Positions 7,811 through 16,426 of a DNA stretch of 26,291 bases are shown here, piece after piece; positions within the stretch are counted from its first letter, which is position 1, and every line of letters starts with the position of its first letter. Under the pieces are notes generated by a model. It searched no databases, was not told the DNA's origin, and saw nothing but the letters and a program-made list of their open reading frames with translations. This DNA comes from Oligoflexus sp. Lineage in GTDB: Bacteria; Bdellovibrionota_B; Oligoflexia; Oligoflexales; Oligoflexaceae. The position numbers and the translations under genes were made by a program. The DNA lies in the NCBI GenBank assembly GCA_041736305.1, contig JBGSTX010000051.1, positions 1 to 26,291 of the forward strand. Reading direction: 5' to 3'.

Positions 7811-8320
7811 TCAGGGAGACGTAACTACAAACTCATCGCGACGATTCTTCGACCAAGCAGATTCATCGTGTCCTTCAGTAGAAGGCTTCTCTTCGCCGTA
7901 GCTCATAGTAGGAAGGCGGCTAGGATCGACGCCGAGCTGGACTAGATAGTTTTTAGCTGACTGGGCGCGCCGTTGGCCGAGAGCCAAATTGTATTCAACC
8001 GATCCACGTTCGTCGGTATGACCTTCTATCTGAACAACTGCTGTAGCACTGCCCTTCATGAATTCGCCCAGCTGATTCAGCTGTCCTTGAGCATCGCCAC
8101 TCAGGGAGTAATCGTCAAATGCGAAATAGACGGGTTGAGTCGAGCCGCTCGCACTCAGGCCTGCCGAAGGAGCTGACGCCTCGGGTGGAGTCGCCGGTGT
8201 TTCCGTTGTGGTAGGCTGCACAACTTCCTCTGCGGGCTTCTCGTCATCGGAGCAAGCAACGATGCCGAGGCTCATGGCTATCGCGAGGGCAGCCAAGGGT
8301 TTGCGAGTCTTGAAAATCAT
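7811..8320 (-). CDS. pal: Peptidoglycan-associated lipoprotein (Pal/OmpA C-terminal domain)
   Basis: Lipobox IVAC, a P/T/E-rich linker, VYFAFDDYSL, IEGHTDERGSVEYNLALGQRRA, SYGEEKP and NRRDEF. Start moved to ATG 8320 (AGGAG SD). Confidence 0.92.
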   Translation of the reverse strand: MIFKTRKPLAALAIAMSLGIVACSDDEKPAEEVVQPTTTETPATPPEASAPSAGLSASGSTQPVYFAFDDYSLSGDAQGQLNQLGEFMKGSATAVVQIEGHTDERGSVEYNLALGQRRAQSAKNYLVQLGVDPSRLPTMSYGEEKPSTEGHDESAWSKNRRDEFVVTSP

Positions 8321-8388
8321 CCTGTCTTCTCCTGAGAATATGTACGACATGAATCGGACACTGCGAATGTTGCCAATAGCGAAAGCAC

Positions 8389-8418
8389 ATCGTAATCATG
8401 ATCCGCTAGAAAAAGCAA
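8389..8418 (-). promoter_or_regulatory. Putative sigma70 promoter of pal
   Basis: TTGCTT-18 nt-TACGAT on the minus strand. Confidence 0.4.
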
Positions 8419-8468
8419 GATTGATTTAGACCGAGGTCATGCGGCCTAAACCCTTCCACAGAAACAAC

Positions 8469-9989
8469 TTACAGTCCTCGACTTTCGCCCCTTCGTGCAA
8501 GGCGTTCACCGATCCGGTACTGAATGCCTGAAAAACTGCCGCTGGACATGAAAACGATAGTGTCATTAGGTTTAGCTTGGGTTACCAGCGATTCGAGGAG
8601 TGCTTCGTTGTCTGCGAATGCCTGGGCCCGCTCGCCGATGAGACGGACCATATCGTCGGTATTCATTCTTTGTTCATTGGGGATGCGCTGATCGATCGCG
8701 CAAGGTCCGATCAAGACGCGATCAGCCAGTCCGAGCGAGGCTGCGAATTCTTTGACGAAAATATTGCGGCGGCTGGTAGCGTTCTTGGGTTCAAAGGCTA
8801 CAATCAAACGCTTCTTAGGATAGAGGGTTCGCAGCGATTCAATTACTGCCTTAACCGCGGTTGGATGGTGGGCAAAGTCCTCGAAGACTTCGACTCCAGC
8901 TGAGCTGGACAAACGATCAAGGCGGCGCTTTACTCCCGTGAACGAAGCAATTGGTTCGCGTAGAGATTCGAAGGTAAAAGCAGAGCTGGGGGCATCCCCC
9001 TGCTCTTTGATGCGCCAGAGGCAGGCGATGACTTGACAGATGTTAGCTGCATTATGTGGGCCAGCCAAGTCGCTTGCAAAGCTATGCTTTTTCCCGTCGG
9101 GAGTTTTCACGGTGAGCTGCCAGCTCTGGTCTTTGTCTCCTCTTGGTGCATTTAGTTCAAGTAGGCTGACCTGCGCTTTCTCCGCTAGGCCACGAGTCGC
9201 AACAGCAGTGACCTTGTTCAATAAGTTAAGCTGTCGCAAGAGCTTGACCACGCCTGGATCGTCGACATTGGCAATTATAAGTTCAGGCGATGGAACGAGA
9301 CGGAGCAAATGCGCAAACTGGGCTTCGATCGCTTCGAGGTTAGCAAAGATATCAGCGTGATCGAACTCTATATTATTAAGTATCACGTAGCGTGGGCGGT
9401 AATGCAGAAATTTGGAGTTTTTATCGAAAAAAGCGGTATCATACTCGTCCCCTTCGATGACGAAGAGGGGCCCCTTGCCGAGAGCAAAGCTGCGCGGCAA
9501 AGTCCGAGGAATGCCGCCGATGAGGTAGCCAGGGTCCCAGCCGAGTTGCGTGAGCATGTGAGCCATGATGGAGCTGGTTGTCGTTTTACCGTGTGTACCA
9601 GCGATAACGACAGTTTTACGTTGCTCGAGAAAGTAGTGACCAAGAAAAGCCGGGAAGCTTGTGTAAGGAATTCCAGCTTGTATCAATGCATCAATTTCCA
9701 CGTGTTGGCGCGATAAAGCGTTTGCGACGACTACCAATGCAGGGCGTCGTTCCGTAACATTGGCGGCAGCATAGGGAGTGAGGACAGGTATTTTTAATTC
9801 TTCTAACATTGTTGACATGGGTGGGTAAATATTGGCATCACTACCAATAAGCTGATAGCCTGCTTCTTGTGCCAGACCGGCTACAGAAGCCATCCCTGTT
9901 CCGCCTATTCCCATGAAATAGACGAGATCGCCAGGTTTAAGCTGAGGAAGTTTAGGGGTCGACGCGCTTGTCTGTTGAGATTTATCCAT
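8469..9989 (-). CDS. mpl: Murein peptide ligase (UDP-MurNAc:L-Ala-gamma-D-Glu-mDAP ligase, MurC/Mpl family)
   Basis: Motifs GIGGTGMASVA, YPPMST, AGTHGKTTTSS, EGDEYDTAFFDK.SKF, NIEFDHADIF, GVKRRL, DFAHHPTA and MSSGSF. Start moved to ATG 9989 (GGAG SD), overlapping the LD-carboxypeptidase stop. Confidence 0.92.
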   Translation of the reverse strand: MDKSQQTSASTPKLPQLKPGDLVYFMGIGGTGMASVAGLAQEAGYQLIGSDANIYPPMSTMLEELKIPVLTPYAAANVTERRPALVVVANALSRQHVEIDALIQAGIPYTSFPAFLGHYFLEQRKTVVIAGTHGKTTTSSIMAHMLTQLGWDPGYLIGGIPRTLPRSFALGKGPLFVIEGDEYDTAFFDKNSKFLHYRPRYVILNNIEFDHADIFANLEAIEAQFAHLLRLVPSPELIIANVDDPGVVKLLRQLNLLNKVTAVATRGLAEKAQVSLLELNAPRGDKDQSWQLTVKTPDGKKHSFASDLAGPHNAANICQVIACLWRIKEQGDAPSSAFTFESLREPIASFTGVKRRLDRLSSSAGVEVFEDFAHHPTAVKAVIESLRTLYPKKRLIVAFEPKNATSRRNIFVKEFAASLGLADRVLIGPCAIDQRIPNEQRMNTDDMVRLIGERAQAFADNEALLESLVTQAKPNDTIVFMSSGSFSGIQYRIGERLARRGESRGL

Positions 9990-10887
9990 GCAGAATCTCC
10001 AAGTCCCAACTGAGGCTATCTCCTTCGATCCGCAACGGGCGGCCGATAGGCAGAGGCCAGTTCGGTGAGCAATGTCCAAAGAGGGGGCAGAACCAGACTG
10101 GAAGGCCTATGCGCTCAGCGAGCTGCTCACGCAGCATGGCCTCGCTTGCGACATCGGGGACTTCGCAAGCCACAAAGCGCCCTAAGATCAGTCCTTTGAC
10201 TCCGCGCAGAGCTCCACTCTGAAGCCACTGCCTTGCGAAGCGAAGAATGCGGGCCGGGTGCTCGCCGATATCCTCCCAAAATAAGAGTGCTCCTGAGAGG
10301 CTATCTGGGAAGTAGGGTGTTCCAATAAGATTGGTAAGCACTGAGAGGCAGCCGCCAAAGCCCCAACCTCTTACCGAAGGAGCTAATCCTCGCATGAGGG
10401 GGAGCAGGGGGAGAGGGGAGGGGATATCACCTCCACGTAGTAAATTCAGAAGGGCTAAAACGTCGGCATTGCCGTTTTGACCCCATAGTTCGGTGCCAGG
10501 CATAGGTCCGTGAATTCCAGACCAACCTAGCCTAGTATAAAATGCTGCATGCAAAGCTGATATATCAGAAAATCCTACAAGGGGCTTGGGTGGAAGCGAT
10601 GCAATGTAATCCCAGGGGATTTGATCGAGCAGATCACTCGCCCCATAGCCTCCTCGGGTTGCTACGACTGCAGCAGCTTCAGGCGCTTCAAGGGCCTCGA
10701 CAAGCTGGCTCAGCCGGTCCTCGGGGGTGCCGGCCGAAAAAGGCCAGCTTGGGTCAGGGTCGAGTGGCCGGTAGCTGGTCTTGAAGTCGAGAGTCTCGAG
10801 CTCAGCTAGTCTGCGTTCTACCAAAGTCGCTGTGCTCCGGCCAGCAGGGCTAATGATACGCAGATGGGTCACTGAATGATCAAGCAT
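9982..10887 (-). CDS. ldcA: LD-carboxypeptidase (peptidase S66)
   Basis: Motifs IISPA, RGGYGA, GFSDIS (Ser nucleophile), HGPM, GGCLS, WEDIGE (Glu) and FGH (His). Confidence 0.9.
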   Translation of the reverse strand: MLDHSVTHLRIISPAGRSTATLVERRLAELETLDFKTSYRPLDPDPSWPFSAGTPEDRLSQLVEALEAPEAAAVVATRGGYGASDLLDQIPWDYIASLPPKPLVGFSDISALHAAFYTRLGWSGIHGPMPGTELWGQNGNADVLALLNLLRGGDIPSPLPLLPLMRGLAPSVRGWGFGGCLSVLTNLIGTPYFPDSLSGALLFWEDIGEHPARILRFARQWLQSGALRGVKGLILGRFVACEVPDVASEAMLREQLAERIGLPVWFCPLFGHCSPNWPLPIGRPLRIEGDSLSWDLEILHG

Positions 10888-10944
10888 GAAGAGGCGATCC
10901 GCTGGATAAGGTTATTCCTGACGAACGGGAGCAAGAGCGTATTT

Positions 10945-10972
10945 TTGAGACAGCTTCTAGGCGAACTATAAC
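10945..10972 (+). promoter_or_regulatory. Putative sigma70 promoter of the GT9 gene
   Basis: TTGAGA-16 nt-TATAAC in the divergent intergenic region. Confidence 0.5.
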
Positions 10973-10990
10973 AGATGCAGGCAGCGAGTT

Positions 10991-11028
10991 GAAGGAAGCA
11001 TCGCGGCTTCCCTCTTTTCTTATTTTTT
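10991..11028 (+). terminator. Terminator-like hairpin plus U-tract in the GT9 leader (possible attenuator)
   Basis: GGAAGC-ATCGCG-GCTTCC stem followed by CTC and TTTTCTTATTTTTT. Confidence 0.45.
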
Positions 11029-11061
11029 CCGCGAAGCCGCATCCTTGGATCAGGATTTTAC

Positions 11062-12213
11062 ATGAACTACCATGCCGATTGTCGATGGTTTTCTGGATAT
11101 AAGCCTTGTCAGTTCAAGCGGGCCTGTGAGGGCTGTCCTCACTATAGCCCTCCTGGCGAGCGCATTGCGATACTCTCTTTAGAGGCGATGGGAGCGGTAC
11201 TGCGTTCAACCTGCCTCCTTCCAGCGATTAAGAGGAAATATCCGAGCAGCCATATAACTTGGATTACTTTAAAGAACACAAAACCTCTTTTGGAGCATAA
11301 TCCCCTCATCGATCGGCTCCTCCTGGCTGACTCGACTATGCTTGCGACCATTCAGCACCTGCGCTTCGATATTCTGCTAGCGGTCGATAAATCGCTTGAA
11401 GCTGGAGCGCTGGCCCAGCAGATCAAGGCCGGGCGGAAACTTGGCTTTGGCTTAGATGAGGCGGGAGCCATCATACCGCTCAACCCTGAGGCTCAATACC
11501 AATACGACGTTGGTTTGAACGACGATTTGAAATTTTTCATCAATCAGAAAACGGAAACGCAGCAGATCACCGAAACAATGGGCTTAGAATGGAAACGGGA
11601 TCCCTATGTTCTTGAGCTCTCAAAACCCGAAAAACATGAAGTAGGCAAGCGACGAGAGGCAATGCTAGCTCTGGGGGCCAAAGGCATCATTGGCTATAAC
11701 ACAGGTTGCTCGATTCTCTTTCCCTATAAAAAGTTCACCGTAGCTCGCTCGATAGAGCTCATCCAAGCCTGGCGCGCTCGTTATCCAGATTGGGCCGTAG
11801 CTCTGCTGGGAGGCCCCGAGGACCGCGATCGGCAAGCTCAGATGAAGGCGGCGTTTGAAGGGGACGCGCTCGTTATCAATACCCCGACGGGAGAGGGTCT
11901 TCGTTCAGGCGTCCTGTGGATGGATACCAGCGATTTAGTGCTTTCAGCCTGTTCGCTCGGTCTTCACATAGCTATCGGTCTGAAAAAACCTGTCATTGCA
12001 TGGTTTGGGGTGAGTTGTATTCAAGAAATTGACGTTTATGATCGTGGTATTAAGCTGCAATCTGACGTCACCTGCTCGCCCTGCTGGAAGAAAAGCTGTG
12101 AGCAGCCCAAGAAGTGCTACGACTCAGTGGAAGTCGAGCGCATCCTCACGGCCACGGACGATTTGATGCGAACCCACGTCAAGACTGAAAGTCGAAATAC
12201 ATCTGGAGCTTAG
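11062..12213 (+). CDS. Glycosyltransferase family 9 (ADP-heptose:LPS heptosyltransferase-like) with N- and C-terminal Cys clusters
   Basis: Motifs LLPAIKRKYPSSHITWIT, LLEHNPLIDR, IGYNTG, LLGGPED, LHIAIGLKKPVIAWFG and CSPCW...C...C. Confidence 0.88.
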   Translation: MNYHADCRWFSGYKPCQFKRACEGCPHYSPPGERIAILSLEAMGAVLRSTCLLPAIKRKYPSSHITWITLKNTKPLLEHNPLIDRLLLADSTMLATIQHLRFDILLAVDKSLEAGALAQQIKAGRKLGFGLDEAGAIIPLNPEAQYQYDVGLNDDLKFFINQKTETQQITETMGLEWKRDPYVLELSKPEKHEVGKRREAMLALGAKGIIGYNTGCSILFPYKKFTVARSIELIQAWRARYPDWAVALLGGPEDRDRQAQMKAAFEGDALVINTPTGEGLRSGVLWMDTSDLVLSACSLGLHIAIGLKKPVIAWFGVSCIQEIDVYDRGIKLQSDVTCSPCWKKSCEQPKKCYDSVEVERILTATDDLMRTHVKTESRNTSGA

Positions 12214-12257
12214 CTTTCTCGAAAGGGCCGCCCCTAGCCGCCTCGGGCGGGATGCCA

Positions 12258-12263
12258 TATAAT
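12258..12263 (+). promoter_or_regulatory. Putative sigma70 -10 box for the DUF3050-like gene
   Basis: TATAAT with TAGCCG 17 nt upstream. An AGGAG SD precedes ATG 12332. Confidence 0.4.
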
Positions 12264-12331
12264 AAAGTATTCAATTCATGACAGCCGGGCATTAGGGGTC
12301 GAGCATTCCCTCGAGGGATAGGAGCGTATAG

Positions 12332-13123
12332 ATGTCATTTATGACTGAGCGGTACTTCCAGATGTTGGAAACTCATAAGCTCTATGAACGCGTGAGCGAT
12401 GAAAATGCGCTTCGCACCTTCGTCGAGCATCACGTCATATGTGTCTGGAGCTACAGCTTTCTTCTAAGGAACATTTACCAGGAGCTGGTAAGTGTCATTC
12501 ATCCATTGAATTCCCAAGGACAAAAAGAAGCTATTCGGCTGATCTCCGAAATCATTCTTGACGAAGAAGTTGAGGAACAGCACGACGGTTCCCTCATGAG
12601 TCACATGGAAGTCTACATGGAAGCCATGCAAGATCTTGGGGCGGATTTAGGGCCAATTGTTACTTTTTTCGATATGCAGGACGCCGGAGCTGATTGGCAA
12701 GATGCATTGGAAGCCGCCGAGTTCAGTCCAGCGATCACCGAATATGCGCGGTGCATAGGCAGCTTTTTTAAGCGTCCCTTACATGAGCGGGCCGCGATCC
12801 TCTTCTATGAAGGCGAGCCTTACATTCCCGATCAGTTCCTCAGCAAGCTGGGCCTTCTATCGTCTAAGCATCGCACGCATCGTCTGCTGGACTATTTTGA
12901 ACGGCATATCGAAGGCCTCAAGCGTCCAGGGTTCTCGGCAGCTGGCCGGCTCGTCGAGATTTTCTGCGGCGACAGTGATGCTTTTAACGAAGCAGCAGAA
13001 AAGGCTGCCGAGTGTGCGATGAAAGCCCGTATTGAATTTTGGAACCAAGTGGGCCTAGAGATTAAAACCCCCGATCAAACCCCCGATCGAAAAGGTCTTC
13101 GTCTCATCACTAATGCGGTCTAA
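12332..13123 (+). CDS. DUF3050-like (heme-oxygenase-like fold) protein
   Basis: HKLY...LRTFVEHHVICVW, RLISEIILDEE, SHMEVYMEAMQDLGAD, IPDQF, YFERHIE and ARIEFW match the DUF3050 pattern as recalled. Confidence 0.78.
   Translation: MSFMTERYFQMLETHKLYERVSDENALRTFVEHHVICVWSYSFLLRNIYQELVSVIHPLNSQGQKEAIRLISEIILDEEVEEQHDGSLMSHMEVYMEAMQDLGADLGPIVTFFDMQDAGADWQDALEAAEFSPAITEYARCIGSFFKRPLHERAAILFYEGEPYIPDQFLSKLGLLSSKHRTHRLLDYFERHIEGLKRPGFSAAGRLVEIFCGDSDAFNEAAEKAAECAMKARIEFWNQVGLEIKTPDQTPDRKGLRLITNAV
13065..13088. repeat. 12-bp tandem duplication (AAACCCCCGATC x2)
   Basis: Exact direct repeat encoding TPDQ/TPDR near the C-terminus of the DUF3050-like ORF. Confidence 0.9.
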
Positions 13124-13761
13124 TCCATAAGCTGCAGGGCAGCCTCTAAATCGTCGAAGCACTGCTTAGCACCAGCTTGAAGCAAAAGCTCTGGAGGGTG
13201 CTGGGAGCAGATCCCAATGGCAGTCATATGGGCTGCGAGTGCAGCCGCGATTCCATGGGTGCTATCTTCAAATACAAAAATGGATGCATGCCTTTCGAAG
13301 GGAAAGCCCAGTTTGATGGCGCCCTTCATATAAGGCTCCGCATCTGGTTTTGGACGATGGTAGTCCTCGAGGCCAAGATAGAAGGGTATCGCTAGCTTGT
13401 GCCTTTCGATCGCTGCAGCGATGAAAGAGCGAGGAGCATTGCTCACTATTCCGAAAGGAAGCTGTCTTCGCTGCAGTTCCGCAAGAAATTCCCTTGCCCC
13501 TTCAATCAGCGGTATCTTTTCAAGTGACGAAAGCACAAAGGCCACTTTCCTTTTGATAAGCTCCGCCTTCGCTGTCGGAAAACCGCTCTGCTGTCCAAGT
13601 ATCGTGCCTATCGCTGCAGTTGAGCGACCAACTAAAGAAGCCAAAGTGGCTTCGTCAAGTTTGCGTTGAAAAAGTTCCCAGTAGGCTTTCTCCCATCCAG
13701 CCAAGTGAATCGGTGTGCTGTCGACGATGACTCCATCAAAATCAAAAAGCGCAGCTAGCAT
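13120..13761 (-). CDS. HAD-superfamily class IA phosphatase (beta-phosphoglucomutase-like)
   Basis: Motif I FDFDGVIVDS, motif II VSN, KPDAEPY and motif IV FEDS.HGI.AA. Confidence 0.92.
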   Translation of the reverse strand: MLAALFDFDGVIVDSTPIHLAGWEKAYWELFQRKLDEATLASLVGRSTAAIGTILGQQSGFPTAKAELIKRKVAFVLSSLEKIPLIEGAREFLAELQRRQLPFGIVSNAPRSFIAAAIERHKLAIPFYLGLEDYHRPKPDAEPYMKGAIKLGFPFERHASIFVFEDSTHGIAAALAAHMTAIGICSQHPPELLLQAGAKQCFDDLEAALQLMD

Positions 13762-13870
13762 ATGCCGTCCCTAATCTTGCTCAGATAAAATTTAACTTCG
13801 CTCCGCTATAATTTCCTCGAACGTCTCAAGACAGGCTTGGGCGGCTTATCGCTTGCGCAGAGGAAGACTT

Positions 13871-16318
13871 ATGGTGCAAAGATTGCTAAAGAATTCAACG
13901 GTGAAAGTCACCGAGGCCCTTCAAGCTGCTCTTATGGAATATGCCAATCAGCGGAGGTCCGTCGTAGGCCCTGAAGGCGTTCTTATTGCTCTTATTGATC
14001 AAAAAGACTCGATAGTCATCAAAATCCTTAATGAAATGAATCGTGATCCGGCTGAAATTCGAGCTGAGATTGTAGATCGCGCTCTGGCGATAATTGCGGA
14101 CCAGCCGCAGTTTCACCAGGGCCAAGTTGGGCAGATTCGAATGTCGAAAGACGTCGAGAATCTTTTTGAAGCAGCCGATAGAGAGCGTCGACGGCTCGGG
14201 GACACTTTCATTTCCACAGGATCTCTCTTTCTCGCCTGCTTTGATAAGGGCGTACCAGGTAACGCAGGAATACTCGAAGAGGTGGGCTTGAGCTACGAAG
14301 AATGTAGCAAAGCTCATGATCAGATTCGGGGAGCGCACAAGATCACCGACCGCGAAGAAGAGTCTCGGCAAAGCGCGCTGGCAGAGTATACGAGCGATCT
14401 CACCGCTTTGGCAAGAAAAGGCGAACTCGATCCAGTTATTGGACGAGATGCCGAGATCGAACGCGTCATCCAAATTCTATCGCGTAGAAAGAAAAATAAC
14501 CCATTACTAGTCGGTGAGCCAGGCGTAGGGAAAACCGTGATAGCTGAAGGTCTTGCTAACAGAATTGTGGCTGCCGACGTTCCTGAATACCTTTTGGAAA
14601 AAAGAATACTGTCCCTTGAAATCGCCACTCTCCTCGCTGGGGCGAAAATGCAGGGTGAGTTCGAAGAAAGGCTGAAAAACATCCGCGAAGAGGTTATTGC
14701 CTCTTCGGGCGAAGTCATACTGTTTATCGATGAAATCCATACTGTTGTTGGTGCGGGTCGCGCATCAGGCGCACTCGATGCTTCCAATATGCTGAAACCG
14801 GCGTTGGCTAGGGGACAGCTGCAGTGCATAGGAGCCACAACTAACAGAGAGTATAAGCAGTACATCGAGTCAGATAAAGCCCTCGCGCGGCGTTTTGAGA
14901 GCATTCGCGTTGAAGAGCCCTCGGTCGAAGATACGGTACAAATTCTGCAGGGCCTCAGGAAAAAATATGAAGAACATCATCAGGTCCAATATTCCGACGA
15001 TGCCCTTATCGCTGCTGCTGACCTTTCCCATCGTTATATTCAAGACCGCAGCTTACCGGATAAAGCCATCGATCTCATCGATGAAGCCGGGGCGATCACG
15101 CGACTGAAGGTCATTTATACCCCCCCTGAGATTCGCCGTATGGAAAAGCAGAGGCAGGAGCTACTGGACGCGAAGTCGAAATCGTTCAGTGACCAGGACT
15201 TTGAAAAGATGTCGCAATATCAGATGGAGCTCGCGCAGCTTGAGAAAGAAATCGATAAAGCGCGCAAAGATTTTATTCATGACAAAGGTCAGCAGGATCA
15301 TATAGTCAATCGGGAAGTTGTGGCAGGAGTTATTTCGAAGCGCACCGGCATTCCCCTGAGTAAAATGGTAGAGTCTGAAGCTGAAAAACTTCTCCACCTC
15401 GAAGACCACATAGGTGCAAGGGTAATCGGCCAGGCCCATGCTGTGCACTCCGTTGCAAATGCAATTCGAAGAAATCGCTCGGGCCTCAGGCGACCACAGG
15501 TACCAATTGCATCCTTTCTATTTCTGGGGCCCACTGGGGTAGGTAAAACTGAACTAGCTAAGGCTATTGCTGCGGAGATGATGGACGATGATTCACGTAT
15601 CATTCGTATTGATATGTCTGAGTACATGCACAAACATGATGTCAGTAAACTGATTGGCTCGCCTCCGGGTTATGTAGGCTATGGAGAAGGGGGGCAGCTG
15701 ACCGAGAAAGTTAAACGGCAACCTTATTCCGTGGTGCTTTTCGATGAATTTGAAAAGGCACATTCAGACGTATTCAATATCCTCTTACAGATACTGGACG
15801 AAGGCTGGCTCACCGATTCAGAAGGCCAACGGGTTAGCTTTGCTAACTGCGTAATAATTGGTACCTCAAACCTCGGATCTGAGATTATGTCCGAGAGGAA
15901 AACCCCTCTAGGGATCGGTGCCCAGGTCAACGAATGGAGCAAAGATGAAGAAGCCAAAGAAGTTTTTAAAATCGTTAAAAATTATCTCAGGCCCGAATTC
16001 ATCAATAGGCTTGATGAAATCATTATTTTCAATCGCTTAGGACCACCCGAATTTCAAGAGATTGCAGCTGTTATGGTCAAAGATTTCGCCCAGCGTTTGC
16101 GAAGGCTAGATATATCTCTCGACTTCAGCGATGAAGCTCTGCGCTTCCTAGTTAGTAGTATCGACACCGTGCATTACGGTGCAAGACCCCTTAAGCGAAA
16201 GCTGGAAGAACTTGTTGAAAATCCTATAGCTTCCCTTCTGATCAGGGACAGACGCGAAGGGCCTCGCCAGGCTCGAGTTGCTTTAAAGGGGGGCGAGCTG
16301 AAAGCCGAGCTGCTCTAA
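13871..16318 (+). CDS. clpC: ATP-dependent Clp protease ATPase subunit, ClpC-type (Hsp100 class I)
   Basis: Clp N domain, NBD1 (GEPGVGKT, LFIDEIH), a short UVR-like M domain, NBD2 (GPTGVGKT, GSPPGYVGY, LFDEFEKAH), an LGI ClpP-loop-like segment and GARPL. Start is ATG 13871 after GAGGA; TATAAT lies at 13807-13812. Confidence 0.85.
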   Translation: MVQRLLKNSTVKVTEALQAALMEYANQRRSVVGPEGVLIALIDQKDSIVIKILNEMNRDPAEIRAEIVDRALAIIADQPQFHQGQVGQIRMSKDVENLFEAADRERRRLGDTFISTGSLFLACFDKGVPGNAGILEEVGLSYEECSKAHDQIRGAHKITDREEESRQSALAEYTSDLTALARKGELDPVIGRDAEIERVIQILSRRKKNNPLLVGEPGVGKTVIAEGLANRIVAADVPEYLLEKRILSLEIATLLAGAKMQGEFEERLKNIREEVIASSGEVILFIDEIHTVVGAGRASGALDASNMLKPALARGQLQCIGATTNREYKQYIESDKALARRFESIRVEEPSVEDTVQILQGLRKKYEEHHQVQYSDDALIAAADLSHRYIQDRSLPDKAIDLIDEAGAITRLKVIYTPPEIRRMEKQRQELLDAKSKSFSDQDFEKMSQYQMELAQLEKEIDKARKDFIHDKGQQDHIVNREVVAGVISKRTGIPLSKMVESEAEKLLHLEDHIGARVIGQAHAVHSVANAIRRNRSGLRRPQVPIASFLFLGPTGVGKTELAKAIAAEMMDDDSRIIRIDMSEYMHKHDVSKLIGSPPGYVGYGEGGQLTEKVKRQPYSVVLFDEFEKAHSDVFNILLQILDEGWLTDSEGQRVSFANCVIIGTSNLGSEIMSERKTPLGIGAQVNEWSKDEEAKEVFKIVKNYLRPEFINRLDEIIIFNRLGPPEFQEIAAVMVKDFAQRLRRLDISLDFSDEALRFLVSSIDTVHYGARPLKRKLEELVENPIASLLIRDRREGPRQARVALKGGELKAELL

Positions 16319-16426
16319 GTAATTAGCATTACGGTGGCGTCAAGGAATTGGCTGACTAGATGCCTTCGCGAAGGCGGTTTAGACTTGAAAATGGCGATAT
16401 TTAAAGACCGCTTAAGTGAGGATTCT

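Noticed and set aside
7608-7901. 97-aa + strand ORF between rny and pal
   Set aside because: It overlaps pal antisense, its terminator and the rny promoter, and has no recognisable motif.
12214-12331. Structured ncRNA between the GT9 and DUF3050-like genes
   Set aside because: The short hairpins (CCGCC/GGCGG, TCCCTCGAGGGA) are adequately explained as terminator, promoter or RBS-proximal elements, and no known RNA motif is recognisable.
13895-14904. Long antisense ORFs (192 and 194 aa) in clpC, and similar ones elsewhere such as 23008-23460
   Set aside because: These are shadow frames of conserved genes with no motifs.
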